Positions 1 through 9,119 of a stretch of DNA of 26,006 nt are shown one piece after another. Where the stretch lies: positions 1-26,006 of IMG/VR virus record IMGVR_UViG_3300044448_004153. One strand, 5' to 3'. The DNA is from a virus. Lineage: Duplodnaviria > Caudoviricetes. Below the pieces are notes generated by a model. The model was given only the letters and a program-made list of their open reading frames with translations, searched no databases and was not told where the DNA came from. Both the position numbers and the translations under genes were made by a program. Each line of letters begins with the position of its first letter. The first letter of the stretch is position 1.

Positions 1-2
1 CT

Positions 3-2693
3 AATGCGATTGTATTTGAAGGGGCAACTGCCGATTCAAGCGAAACAACTTTGAGCATAGTAGATCCTACTTCTGATCATACGCAATATTTAATCAATCA
101 AGGCGGATATATTCCAGTCTTGGCAGCAGCTACAACAACTGCAATCTCAGCAACTCCAGAAGAAATAAATTTAATTGATGGGGGAACAGCTAGAGGCACA
201 ACTGCTGTAGCATCTGGAGATGGTATTTTAATCAACGATGGCGGTACAATGCGAATGACAAATGTAGATACAGTTTCTACATATTTCGCAAGTCATAATG
301 TTGGTGGCTCAAATATTGTTACAACTGGAGCATTAAATTCAGGAAGTATTACAAGCGGATTTGGCACAATAGATACTGGCTCAAGCAATATAACAACAAC
401 TGGTGTTGGTGCTTTTGGATCGCTTGATATATCTGGTAATGTAGATGTAGATGGAACTTTAGAAGCTGATGCAATAACAGTAGAAAGCGTAGCGTTAGCC
501 ACATATATTAGAGATACAGTCGGAACAAATATGGTCAGCAGTAATACTGAAAGTGGAATTACTGTTACTTATGATACAACAAACGACAATATAGATTTTG
601 CAGTAGATGCTTCACAAACTGGATTAACATCAATATTGAACGCAAGTTTAGTAGCTGGTAGAGATGCAGACAATCAAATCAAATTTAGTACAGATGATGA
701 AATAATATTTAGAGTTGCTGGTGGTGATGGCGTAACGATGAAAGCAAGTGGTGAGATTGAAGCAACGTCTTTGGATATTTCTGGCGATATAGATGTAGAT
801 GGTACAGCTAACTTAGATGTAGTAGATATTGATGGTGCTGTAGATATGGCAAGTACATTGACTGTTTCAGGTTCAACAGGTAGTGCATATATAGGATCGT
901 TTACTAATACATCAGCAACAGGCTGGGGAGCGTTTGTCAAAGGTGGTGCTGATAATGCAGATTATTCATTAAGAGTACAAGACAAAGATGCAAATGATTT
1001 ATTTTCAGTAAAAGGAGGAGGTCGTACTGGTATTGGTACGAACGATCCGTCAAATCAACTACATTTAGAGTCAGCTACATCAACAACAATGTTAATGAAA
1101 AATACAGGAAATTCTGGTTCTCAAATTGATGGTGATGCTAATAGAAGTAGTGCTGATTCTACAATTATGGGAATAGTTGGTAAATGGAATGGGACTTCAG
1201 TAGGTGATATGCTAATTGTTAGTGGTTCAGATACAACAAACAAAGATGATGGGGAATTTGTATTCAGAACAGCACCTTCTGGCAGTTTAATTGAAAGACT
1301 TAGAATTAAAGCAAATGGCGATGTTCAATTTGGTTCTTCAGGTGGCACAGGAGATATATACCATTATGGTGAAGGAAAATTCGCAATTAATGATTCAGCA
1401 GGTTCAGCAAGTACACCAACCTATTCATTTAACTCAGATACAGATACAGGAATGTACAGAGGAACTGCTAATACATTAAGATTTGCAACTGGTGGAGCTG
1501 AAAGAATAGAGGTTACAAGCGCACAAACAAAAATTACTGGACAGTTTAAAGTAGATGCTCCAACTGGAGATGATACTTATGCACAATTCTATAGTGATAG
1601 AAGCACAGATGGTCAGTTAATACACACCACAGCTTTCGTTGCTAATAATAGTGCCTCAGAAGCAACAACCTATGCAGATATAAGGGCAAACATCGTAGAT
1701 AATAGTGATACAACTGAAGATGGTTCTATAACTTTTAGAACAATGAAGGCAGGAACAATGACTGAACACCTTACACTTGAATCTGATAGTGTTGTAAAAT
1801 CAACAGGTGGAATATATTTTACAGGAACAGCCTTAGCAGGTGCTGATACAGGTATTTCTTCAAGTGGACATGGCGGTGATTTAAGAGTATATACTAATGG
1901 CTCACAATCAACTACATTTAAATCTGATGGCAGAGTTTTAGTAGGAAGTGGAGCTATAAGAGAAATGTCAGGAGTTAGTTCACAATTCCAAGTTGAAGGA
2001 ACATCTTACGATACTTCTTCAATGTCATTAGTGGGGAATACAGGAACATCATCTGGAGCTGCACCAATAATATTTTTTGGAAGAAGTAGAGGTACTTCAG
2101 ATGGTTCGTCTACTGTTGCTGCCGATGGTGATAGGCTTGGTGCTTTGTTCTTTTGTGGTGCTGATGGTACTGATATTAATACAGTAGCTGCAAGTATAGA
2201 TGTTGAGGTAGATGGAACTCCAGGTGGTAACGATATGCCAGGCAGAATTGTTTTCAAAACTAATAGCGGAACTTCAGCTGCTACAGCGAGATGGAATATT
2301 CCAGCAGCTGGTAGTATTATTCCTGAAGCTGATAATACTTACAACATTGGAAGCAGTGCAAGGCAAGTATCAGTTTTATATACAGCAAATTCTGTTGTTG
2401 TATCAGATGAAACAAAGAAAGAAAATATAAAAGATTGTGATTTAGGTATTGACTTTGTTAATACATTAAAGCCAAAATCTTATAATATAAAAAATCTTGA
2501 AGAAACACATGATGATTATAATAAAAAACATTATGGACTAATAGCCCAAGATTTAAAAGATGGAAAACTTAAAGATTCTGTATTTGGCGATAAAGATGGA
2601 GAATATGGTCTTAATTATAATGACTTAATAGCACCACTAATTAAAGCAGTTCAAGAACTATCAGCAAAAGTAGAAGCTTTAGAAAATGCGTAA
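3..2693 (+). CDS. Tail fibre / receptor-binding protein with C-terminal intramolecular chaperone (peptidase S74-type) domain; 5'-truncated
   Basis: Frame is open from base 3 (NAIVFEGATADSSETTL...), so the TTG at 51 is not the real start. G/S/T/D-rich with repeated F-x-T...ER-x-RI beta modules. C-terminus SDETKKENI...LKPKSY...YGLIAQDL...LNYNDLIAPLIKAVQEL matches the S74 chaperone pattern. Confidence 0.9.
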   Translation, partial: NAIVFEGATADSSETTLSIVDPTSDHTQYLINQGGYIPVLAAATTTAISATPEEINLIDGGTARGTTAVASGDGILINDGGTMRMTNVDTVSTYFASHNVGGSNIVTTGALNSGSITSGFGTIDTGSSNITTTGVGAFGSLDISGNVDVDGTLEADAITVESVALATYIRDTVGTNMVSSNTESGITVTYDTTNDNIDFAVDASQTGLTSILNASLVAGRDADNQIKFSTDDEIIFRVAGGDGVTMKASGEIEATSLDISGDIDVDGTANLDVVDIDGAVDMASTLTVSGSTGSAYIGSFTNTSATGWGAFVKGGADNADYSLRVQDKDANDLFSVKGGGRTGIGTNDPSNQLHLESATSTTMLMKNTGNSGSQIDGDANRSSADSTIMGIVGKWNGTSVGDMLIVSGSDTTNKDDGEFVFRTAPSGSLIERLRIKANGDVQFGSSGGTGDIYHYGEGKFAINDSAGSASTPTYSFNSDTDTGMYRGTANTLRFATGGAERIEVTSAQTKITGQFKVDAPTGDDTYAQFYSDRSTDGQLIHTTAFVANNSASEATTYADIRANIVDNSDTTEDGSITFRTMKAGTMTEHLTLESDSVVKSTGGIYFTGTALAGADTGISSSGHGGDLRVYTNGSQSTTFKSDGRVLVGSGAIREMSGVSSQFQVEGTSYDTSSMSLVGNTGTSSGAAPIIFFGRSRGTSDGSSTVAADGDRLGALFFCGADGTDINTVAASIDVEVDGTPGGNDMPGRIVFKTNSGTSAATARWNIPAAGSIIPEADNTYNIGSSARQVSVLYTANSVVVSDETKKENIKDCDLGIDFVNTLKPKSYNIKNLEETHDDYNKKHYGLIAQDLKDGKLKDSVFGDKDGEYGLNYNDLIAPLIKAVQELSAKVEALENA

Positions 2694-2961
2694 AAAATTA
2701 AGCCAATTTGCAAACTTTGACAAAGCGGTCAATGTGCTGGTAATTATTGCGTTTACCCTTGCCTTTGTCTTTACAGCTATTAGTTGTGCAGATGAATTTT
2801 ACTTTGGGAAAACCAGAGATGAATTAAATGCAGAGGTAACAAGAAACGCATTTGAAGTGGATAGCTTATTTAAACTGATCCAGCTACAGCTTGATTCTAC
2901 AGCAATGGATTTTAATAAACTTTATATAGATGCACAACGCATAAACAACGGTAGTAATTGA
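2686..2961 (+). CDS. Small membrane-anchored protein, possible lipoprotein
   Basis: Hydrophobic stretch VNVLVIIAFTLAFVFT followed by lipobox-like AISC; overlaps the fibre stop. Confidence 0.6.
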   Translation: MRKKLSQFANFDKAVNVLVIIAFTLAFVFTAISCADEFYFGKTRDELNAEVTRNAFEVDSLFKLIQLQLDSTAMDFNKLYIDAQRINNGSN

Positions 2962-3245
2962 TGATACAGTTTATGCTAGGATTAATTTTAGGCTATGCTC
3001 TTAGTGGCGATATGGGCGAACCTGTACCATCTGAGGTTATAACTTATTCTGATAGTGGCAGGGTGATCAAGGTGTATAGATCAGATGCTTTTGCACATAG
3101 ATATTATCCAAATGCAATAGCGATTGGTTGGAATACAGATGATTATAGATACTGGGAAACAAGACCGCATATAAAACCTGTTTATACTAAAAGTATTGTT
3201 ATTAATAAAAAGCCAAAGCCAAGACCAAGACCAAAAAATGAATGA
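2958..3245 (+). CDS. Hypothetical exported/membrane protein with Pro/Lys/Arg tail
   Basis: N-terminal hydrophobic segment; ends KKPKPRPRPKNE; overlaps the upstream stop. Confidence 0.6.
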   Translation: MMIQFMLGLILGYALSGDMGEPVPSEVITYSDSGRVIKVYRSDAFAHRYYPNAIAIGWNTDDYRYWETRPHIKPVYTKSIVINKKPKPRPRPKNE

Positions 3246-3318
3246 AATAGCTTTACAGGCAATAGCACTCTGTGTGTTTGCGACTGCTATTTATTTTATG
3301 TGTTATTATGACAAATAA
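3238..3318 (+). CDS. 26-aa hydrophobic peptide (not in ORF track)
   Basis: MNEIALQAIALCVFATAIYFMCYYDK; overlaps both neighbours in coupled fashion. Confidence 0.4.
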   Translation: MNEIALQAIALCVFATAIYFMCYYDK

Positions 3319-3583
3319 GCAACCTATAGGAGAAAATTCTAGTTTCAATATTAGTCTTCCGATGTTAATACAAGCGGTGGGTTTTATTTCTGCAATGGTC
3401 TGGGGCTATGGACAACTAAATACTAGAATTAGTTTTTTAGAGCATCAAGCGCAAGGGAATGAGACCTCTATTGAAGAAATGAAAGCGATGCAAGATCTGC
3501 CAATACCAAGCGATGTTAGACAAGATGAAAAAATTAGAAGAATTGAAGTAGAGATTATGAGATTAAGAGATGGAAAAAAATGA
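3308..3583 (+). CDS. Single-TM plus coiled-coil protein (holin/spanin-like candidate)
   Basis: TM ISLPMLIQAVGFISAMVWGY followed by coiled coil. ATG at 3308 preferred to the GTG at 3272 (start is an inference). Confidence 0.65.
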   Translation: MTNKQPIGENSSFNISLPMLIQAVGFISAMVWGYGQLNTRISFLEHQAQGNETSIEEMKAMQDLPIPSDVRQDEKIRRIEVEIMRLRDGKK

Positions 3584-3744
3584 CATTTTTTTATGCATTA
3601 TGCGCGACTGCGATTGTGATTGTAATTGCGGATGCAAAAGGCACGCTAGAGCCTGCTGTAAATAAGTTTGAAGAAAGAATTGGAATTAAAACAGAATTAC
3701 CACCAGACACAACGGAGTTTGATATAGATGGCAAACCTGAATGA
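3580..3744 (+). CDS. 54-aa membrane-anchored protein (not in ORF track)
   Basis: MTFFYALCATAIVIVIADAKG...DIDGKPE; ATGA overlap with the upstream stop and fills the gap. Confidence 0.6.
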   Translation: MTFFYALCATAIVIVIADAKGTLEPAVNKFEERIGIKTELPPDTTEFDIDGKPE

Positions 3745-3985
3745 TGACCTTGCTATCACGATTAATATTAAATGGCTCGTGCAGATTGTGGTGCTGGTTA
3801 CAATTATTGTCGGCAGTTATTACCAAGCCCAGAAGCGTATGGCAGATAACCAAAGACATATAGAAATAATTGAAAAAGATTTAAGCGACCTAAATAGTCG
3901 CATTAGCGCAATAGAAACGAAGCGCACAAGAGAATTAGAGGAAAAAAATAAAACTCTAATGGAAAAAGTAAACATTTTCAAATAA
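3728..3985 (+). CDS. Single-TM plus coiled-coil protein resembling 3308-3583
   Basis: RBS GGAG; TM INIKWLVQIVVLVTIIVGSY, then coiled coil. Confidence 0.7.
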   Translation: MANLNDDLAITINIKWLVQIVVLVTIIVGSYYQAQKRMADNQRHIEIIEKDLSDLNSRISAIETKRTRELEEKNKTLMEKVNIFK

Positions 3986-4004
3986 CGATAAACAGGAGTC
4001 TAAA

Positions 4005-4223
4005 ATGGCTAAAAAAGAGAAACAAAACGAACCAACTCTTGTACTCGATGAAAAAGAGTATAAGATCAATGATATGAAAGACGAAGAAAAGGTAATGGTC
4101 GCTCATATCAATGACCTTAATCGCAAGGTTGACAACGCAAAGTTCAATCTTCAGCAGATGGAAATGGGTAGACAAAGCTTCGTTTCTAGCTTAAAAAATA
4201 GTTTAGAAACTGAAGAAGCATAA
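4005..4223 (+). CDS. Hypothetical coiled-coil phage protein
   Basis: Strong RBS AGGAG; followed by a terminator. Confidence 0.75.
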   Translation: MAKKEKQNEPTLVLDEKEYKINDMKDEEKVMVAHINDLNRKVDNAKFNLQQMEMGRQSFVSSLKNSLETEEA

Positions 4224-4230
4224 CAACCTA

Positions 4231-4260
4231 AAGGGGGAGCTTTGTCTCCCCCTTGTTTTT
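4231..4260 (+). terminator. Rho-independent terminator
   Basis: Perfect 9-bp stem AAGGGGGAG/CTCCCCCTT, 6-nt loop, then GTTTTT. Confidence 0.8.
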
Positions 4261-4274
4261 AGAAAAGAGATATA

Positions 4275-4532
4275 GTGGAAAATTGGACCGAAGTAGGTTT
4301 TGCTGGATTAGCAGCAGGAATATTATGGATGACATTTAAATGGATGACATCTGAGTTAAATAAAAAGATTGATGACTTACATCAAATCATTATAAAACTT
4401 ATTGATTCTAAGAATTTAATGATTGAAAAGTTTGCAGAGTTAAATGACGAACTTACAGATCAATTAAATTATATTGAGGCAAAACTTGGTAACGGTCGCG
4501 GTTCTAAGCAGCGTAGAAAGTCAACAAAATGA
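4275..4532 (+). CDS. Holin-like protein (N-terminal TM, basic C-terminus)
   Basis: VGFAGLAAGILWMTFKWM TM, coiled coil, basic tail; upstream of the endolysin. Confidence 0.55.
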   Translation: MENWTEVGFAGLAAGILWMTFKWMTSELNKKIDDLHQIIIKLIDSKNLMIEKFAELNDELTDQLNYIEAKLGNGRGSKQRRKSTK

Positions 4533-4753
4533 AACTAGATGCGTATCGCGATGAAATGCTTGACCGTTTAACGAGACTGGAAGAAAAGCACCAGGCTCAT
4601 TTTGAGGTTACAAAAGAAATTAGAGTAGACATAAAAGCGCAAAATGGCAGAGTGCGAGCTTTAGAGAATAAACAATCTTGGTTTGCAGGGATACTGGCCA
4701 CGATTACTTTTGTTTTTAGTAGTCTTTTTGCATGGTTAAAAGGAGTGAGTTAA
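4529..4753 (+). CDS. Coiled coil plus C-terminal TM protein (XhlA/holin-like architecture)
   Basis: RLTRLEE...QNGRVRALE then WFAGILATITFVFSSLFAWL. Confidence 0.6.
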   Translation: MKLDAYRDEMLDRLTRLEEKHQAHFEVTKEIRVDIKAQNGRVRALENKQSWFAGILATITFVFSSLFAWLKGVS

Positions 4754-4755
4754 TT

Positions 4756-4899
4756 ATGGAATTCTTTACACAACATTGGGAATGGTTTTTGCTAGGATTT
4801 ATGGTATGTGAAAAATTAGTAAAACTAAGCCCTACAGACAAAGACGATATTCTATTAGATGTCGTATGGTCTAGTATCAAGAAAGTAGCAGGTAAATAA
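4756..4899 (+). CDS. 47-aa holin-like peptide (not in ORF track)
   Basis: RBS AGGAG; MEFFTQHWEWFLLGFMVCEKLVKLSPTDKDDILLDVVWSSIKKVAGK; the (S/T)PTxKDD motif is typical of small phage lysis-region membrane proteins. Confidence 0.65.
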   Translation: MEFFTQHWEWFLLGFMVCEKLVKLSPTDKDDILLDVVWSSIKKVAGK

Positions 4900-4900
4900 T

Positions 4901-5056
4901 ATGCTTAAACGATTAGTAGGTAGACTTGTAAGAAAACATGGCATGAAGAAGCTTATGATTATGATTGGTGACTTTGCAGTCAAGCAAAGCAGAGGCAAAG
5001 ACGATGACAAAATATGGAACGATGAAGTAAAGCCATTTATTGAAAACAACTTTTAA
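4901..5056 (+). CDS. 51-aa amphipathic protein (not in ORF track)
   Basis: MLKRLVGRLVRKHG...KDDDKIWNDEVKPFIENNF; stop abuts the endolysin ATG. Confidence 0.6.
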   Translation: MLKRLVGRLVRKHGMKKLMIMIGDFAVKQSRGKDDDKIWNDEVKPFIENNF

Positions 5057-5542
5057 ATGGTTAGCATAAAGCAAATGCGCTCAATTATACAGCGCACTTG
5101 TAACGCAATGGGCAAGAAGTATGCTTCAGATAGTGCCGTAGATATGGTACTAGCCACAGGCATAATAGAATCTCGCTATGAATACATTACACAAATGAAT
5201 GATGGTCCAGCTAAATCATTCTTTCAAGTAGAGCCAGCCACAGCCGTAGATAATTGTATGCACTACTTAAAACATAGGCCAAAGTTAATGCAAAAATGCG
5301 CTGATGCCAGTTTGGTTGATATGAAGTATTGGCAAACTTATGACAATAAGGTTTGGGCTGAGATATTAGAAAAGAATATTGCAGCAGGCATAGTGCATTG
5401 TCGTATTAAATACTGGAGAGTACCTAAACGTATGCCTAGCAGCGTAGAAGGAATGTCGCATTACTGGAAAGATTATTACAACGCTGGTGGTAAAGGCGAT
5501 GCAGATGAGTTTGTCGAACAAGTCACTAAATGGCTACGTTAA
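5057..5542 (+). CDS. Putative endolysin, lysozyme-like fold
   Basis: Candidate catalytic ES motif (TGIIES), GPAKSFFQVEPAT and YWKDYYN motifs; follows the holin-like genes. Confidence 0.7.
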   Translation: MVSIKQMRSIIQRTCNAMGKKYASDSAVDMVLATGIIESRYEYITQMNDGPAKSFFQVEPATAVDNCMHYLKHRPKLMQKCADASLVDMKYWQTYDNKVWAEILEKNIAAGIVHCRIKYWRVPKRMPSSVEGMSHYWKDYYNAGGKGDADEFVEQVTKWLR

Positions 5543-5564
5543 GTAGTCGAAAAGGGTTTAAGTA

Positions 5565-5795
5565 ATGGATTTAGCGGAAAGAATGCAAACAATGATGGAT
5601 GAGGTTCGTGCAATAAGATTATTGAGCAGGTCAATACAAAAAGACTTTGAAACCGAAACATCCATCAAAGCGCTTAAAAAACTTGCAAACCTACTGGCGA
5701 TGATCGATACATTGGATGTGCCAGAGATTGTCTGTTCGTTTGAATCCGTAGAGGAACAAGAACTTATTAACAGTAAACAAAGTGGACTTGCATAA
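5565..5795 (+). CDS. Hypothetical protein
   Basis: Co-oriented ORF with TAATG coupling to the next gene. Confidence 0.6.
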   Translation: MDLAERMQTMMDEVRAIRLLSRSIQKDFETETSIKALKKLANLLAMIDTLDVPEIVCSFESVEEQELINSKQSGLA

Positions 5796-6772
5796 TGGCT
5801 ACCAGACTTGAGGCTTTTTGTAATATTAATACCGACCTTCAAGGTGTTGAACCAAATATTGATAACTACGATCGAAAAAGATTAATACAAAACTTTCAAA
5901 GCTATTCAACAAACGTATACGCTGCTTATAACTCAGGCTATGTAAGTATGAGTTATGTTGACGGCAAAGAGATGAATATGCAGACATCACTTGGAGCTGT
6001 AGACTCTTCAGATGATGCGTACTACGACTCTGCGCAAGATGCTCTGTATGTATACAGCTCAGTAGACCCAGATAACCTAACCTATGAAGCAGGAGAAGAC
6101 TGGGCTACAGTCAAACAGCGCGTAGTAAATGAGCAGGCAGATCGTATTCGCTCATATATCAATAGACCAATATTTAAACGTACAAAATCAGAAGACCAGG
6201 GTGCTGCAAGCAGAGATTATGACTTTGTATTGATTAGCGCTAATGCAGGACTAGCTTGCGCTGAATTGATGCGACCTGTAGATCCTGAAAGAGCTTTAGA
6301 AGTAGAGCAGCGCTATATCTCACCTGATGGTGATGGTATGCTTGACTCATTAAAACGAGGCGAATATGCACTATGGCATGAGTCTAGCTATGAAAAGAAT
6401 GAAGGCAGAATTGTACCTGTAGCTGTTAATGCCAATACTACTGGTGGTATTTTAGACACAAAGTCAATCGCGCTACCAGCCGTAGACTATGACGATGTTC
6501 GTGTCAAGATCACCGCAGGCGGTACGTTTACAGCAGGAACAGAAAACACCAGCGTTAAGTATAGTGTCTTTGTTAAGAACGACAAAGGACTAGCGATGGA
6601 AGAAGTGATACAGTCAGAAGAAATCAATGGCGATTATCAAGGCTTGGCCTACGGAATGTATATACGTTTTGGCGAAGGAGTCTATACGACCAACGATGCG
6701 TGGAGCATTATAGTCATGGGCTTACCAGAAGAGCATGGCGAAGTAAAATCAGAACAAATTTCTAGGAGATAA
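5795..6772 (+). CDS. Virion structural protein, probable head-tail adaptor/neck protein with extra domains
   Basis: Position before the tail-completion genes; helical segment VVNEQADRIRSYI...ALEVEQRY...MLDSLKRGE resembles adaptor (gp6/gp15/Mu gp36-like) proteins. Confidence 0.55.
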   Translation: MATRLEAFCNINTDLQGVEPNIDNYDRKRLIQNFQSYSTNVYAAYNSGYVSMSYVDGKEMNMQTSLGAVDSSDDAYYDSAQDALYVYSSVDPDNLTYEAGEDWATVKQRVVNEQADRIRSYINRPIFKRTKSEDQGAASRDYDFVLISANAGLACAELMRPVDPERALEVEQRYISPDGDGMLDSLKRGEYALWHESSYEKNEGRIVPVAVNANTTGGILDTKSIALPAVDYDDVRVKITAGGTFTAGTENTSVKYSVFVKNDKGLAMEEVIQSEEINGDYQGLAYGMYIRFGEGVYTTNDAWSIIVMGLPEEHGEVKSEQISRR

Positions 6773-6775
6773 GAT

Positions 6776-6856
6776 ATGCCAAAGGGCAAAGGTTACGGTT
6801 ACGCTACAAAGAAGAAGAAAAAGAAAAAGAAAGTGCGCGTTAAAAGGCGTAAGTAG
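6776..6856 (+). CDS. 26-aa highly basic peptide (not in ORF track)
   Basis: RBS AGGAG at 6764-6768; MPKGKGYGYATKKKKKKKKVRVKRRK. Confidence 0.65.
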   Translation: MPKGKGYGYATKKKKKKKKVRVKRRK

Positions 6857-6862
6857 AGTTTT

Positions 6863-7306
6863 GTGGCTACCCAATACACCGCAGTTATTAAAGACAATGT
6901 TATTGACCCACTTGAATCACTAATTAAGGGTGAGTTCAATAAGCTACCTGTATTTTATGACATTGATTTCAAGAATCGTGGAAATTTCTTTTTGCGATTT
7001 ATCCCAGTACAAGACGAACTAGACCAACCTACCACAGAAGACCAGATTAGATTATACGGTGTACTTATGCGAATATACAGACGTACGCCTGGAATCTACT
7101 CACGCAGAAACAATTTAGAACAATTAATGAATTACTCAGATAGAATAAAGCGACTGGTTGGCAATAATTCAAATTACAGCCCCTCATCTAGCTATAAATG
7201 GAATGATGCTGTCATCACTTTTGTTAATTATGAGCCAGAGCTTGAAGATGCAGAGAACGCATATCAAGTGGTAGAACTTTTATTTAACTGCAATGTATTG
7301 ATATGA
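6863..7306 (+). CDS. Putative tail completion/terminator protein
   Basis: Size and position between neck and tail tube; paralog of the next ORF. Confidence 0.55.
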   Translation: MATQYTAVIKDNVIDPLESLIKGEFNKLPVFYDIDFKNRGNFFLRFIPVQDELDQPTTEDQIRLYGVLMRIYRRTPGIYSRRNNLEQLMNYSDRIKRLVGNNSNYSPSSSYKWNDAVITFVNYEPELEDAENAYQVVELLFNCNVLI

Positions 7307-7890
7307 TCAGCTACAATAAAACATTTAATCAGAACGTATTGGATAACTTGAGACTATTAATTGCTCAAGAATTTCGCAATATTCCTATACGCTATGATAG
7401 TGTGTACAGAGGAAACTCGTTCTTTCATTTAACGCCTAGAAGGGATGAAATCATTGAATTACGCTCAGATGGTGCGATTCGTGAATACTCGATACTTATC
7501 ACCTATAATGAAAAAGAACGCGGTAGATACGTCAAAAATCGCAGTTTAGACAGCCGTATTAACATTGTAGAGAGACTGAAGGAAATTATTAGGGTAAATG
7601 TAGCAAGCATTGATGATTTTCTATACTTTGTTGATTCTGGTGGTAATAATTTTTTAACTAGCGATTCTGAAGAGTTGCGTATTTTAAAAAGACCTATTCT
7701 TATCACAAGCACCGATCAGTTTTTTATTACTTCAGATGATAAAGCGTTTACAGTATTCCCTGCTGACTTTAGCTATGAGTGGCATAATGCTAGATTGCAA
7801 TCTGTAAACTATGATTTAGAAAGAGAGAACTCTAATTACCTTTCAAGTAGTATAGAGTTCTTATGTGTAGTTGAAGAAGTATATGCGTAA
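7303..7890 (+). CDS. Putative tail terminator-like protein, paralog of 6863-7306 with an internal insertion
   Basis: Shares NV(I/L)D-x-L-xx-LI-xx-EF, YD...RGN-x-F, IR-x-Y and Y-x-W-xx-A...VNY motifs with the upstream ORF. Confidence 0.55.
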   Translation: MISYNKTFNQNVLDNLRLLIAQEFRNIPIRYDSVYRGNSFFHLTPRRDEIIELRSDGAIREYSILITYNEKERGRYVKNRSLDSRINIVERLKEIIRVNVASIDDFLYFVDSGGNNFLTSDSEELRILKRPILITSTDQFFITSDDKAFTVFPADFSYEWHNARLQSVNYDLERENSNYLSSSIEFLCVVEEVYA

Positions 7891-7905
7891 ACGATTAAGG
7901 TATTA

Positions 7906-8082
7906 ATGATGGCAAAATATAAAGCAAAAAAACCAATTAGCTCATTTGGCAGTTACAAAGGACTGACAGTTGAGGATTGGAACGCATTAAATAGTGGCAA
8001 ATCTGTAGACTTTGATAAAGTGCCAGAGGCAGCCAAAGAATTTTTAGAAAAAGTAACATCCAGTAAGAAGGAGTCTAAGTAA
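7906..8082 (+). CDS. 58-aa hypothetical protein (not in ORF track)
   Basis: MMAKYKAKKPISSFGSYKGLTVEDWNALNSGK...; TAATG overlap with the tail tube start. Confidence 0.65.
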   Translation: MMAKYKAKKPISSFGSYKGLTVEDWNALNSGKSVDFDKVPEAAKEFLEKVTSSKKESK

Positions 8083-9113
8083 TGGCTTTAGACGGACAAG
8101 CATTTAGCCCAAAACAATTTCAGTTAGCAATAGATGGTGAAACGACTATTGGAACTGCAAAGCTTGATGGCAACATGAATCTAGTAAATATAGATAATAT
8201 TGAAATGCCTAATTTTAATTTAACACAAGTCTTAGAAGCTCGTAGCGGATCAGATGGTAGGGTAGCAGACTCGGCAGATGTTTTAATAGATGAAAAAGGT
8301 GTTACAAAGGAAATTACTTTTTCTGGAGTCTTTGATACAACGATTGCTCCAATACTACTTCAAAACGTATTAGGCGGTGCAACTGTAGATACCGATGTAG
8401 TAACTGTACCTTATAATTACCAGCCAGATGAATTGCAAACTGGCGTTAGTGGAGATGCCACTAAAACATTAACATTTGCTGTGGTAAATCCTACAACAAA
8501 TGATGGGTCAAGCGATGAAAACAGGTCTATTATTTTCCCAGGTTGTGTTATTACCTCATTATCAATTAGTGGCGATATGGCCAATGAATCAGGTCGCTTG
8601 CGCTTTACAGCTACAGCGCGTACTGGTTATCTTTCTAGCTATGATCAAGCCAACCCAAATGCAGCTTCCGCCTTTACAGCTTATGGTTCAAGCTACTATT
8701 CACTCGCAACATTAAGCGCAGGAGTAAAAAGAACTATAGCTGGTGCTGAAAATTCTGTTATACAAAGCTTTAGTTTGAATATAGAAAATCCAGCAGAATT
8801 TGTAGGACAAAGTACAAATGGCAACCCAGATGCCATTGTTAGGGCTGTTCCAGAAGCCTCAGTAACCTTAGATGCAACCGTTAAATATGATAGCAATACA
8901 GCAGACTACTTTAGTTCTTTTAAAGCAGGAACAGAAGTGGTTTCAAATGTAGCAAATCACGCTACAATAGCTAGTGCTACTAGCTTTGGGTTTATTGGTA
9001 GCTATGGAAGAATAACAAGCGTTGCTTATAACGAAGCAAATGCAATGATGCTTGATGTATCGACTAAGTTCTTTGCATCTGGAAGCAATCCCCTTATTGC
9101 AATTACAACCTGA
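8082..9113 (+). CDS. Major tail (tube) protein
   Basis: RBS AAGGAG; FPGCVITSLSISG and SFSLNIEN beta motifs; directly precedes chaperone and tape measure genes. Confidence 0.8.
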   Translation: MALDGQAFSPKQFQLAIDGETTIGTAKLDGNMNLVNIDNIEMPNFNLTQVLEARSGSDGRVADSADVLIDEKGVTKEITFSGVFDTTIAPILLQNVLGGATVDTDVVTVPYNYQPDELQTGVSGDATKTLTFAVVNPTTNDGSSDENRSIIFPGCVITSLSISGDMANESGRLRFTATARTGYLSSYDQANPNAASAFTAYGSSYYSLATLSAGVKRTIAGAENSVIQSFSLNIENPAEFVGQSTNGNPDAIVRAVPEASVTLDATVKYDSNTADYFSSFKAGTEVVSNVANHATIASATSFGFIGSYGRITSVAYNEANAMMLDVSTKFFASGSNPLIAITT

Positions 9114-9119
9114 TAAAAT

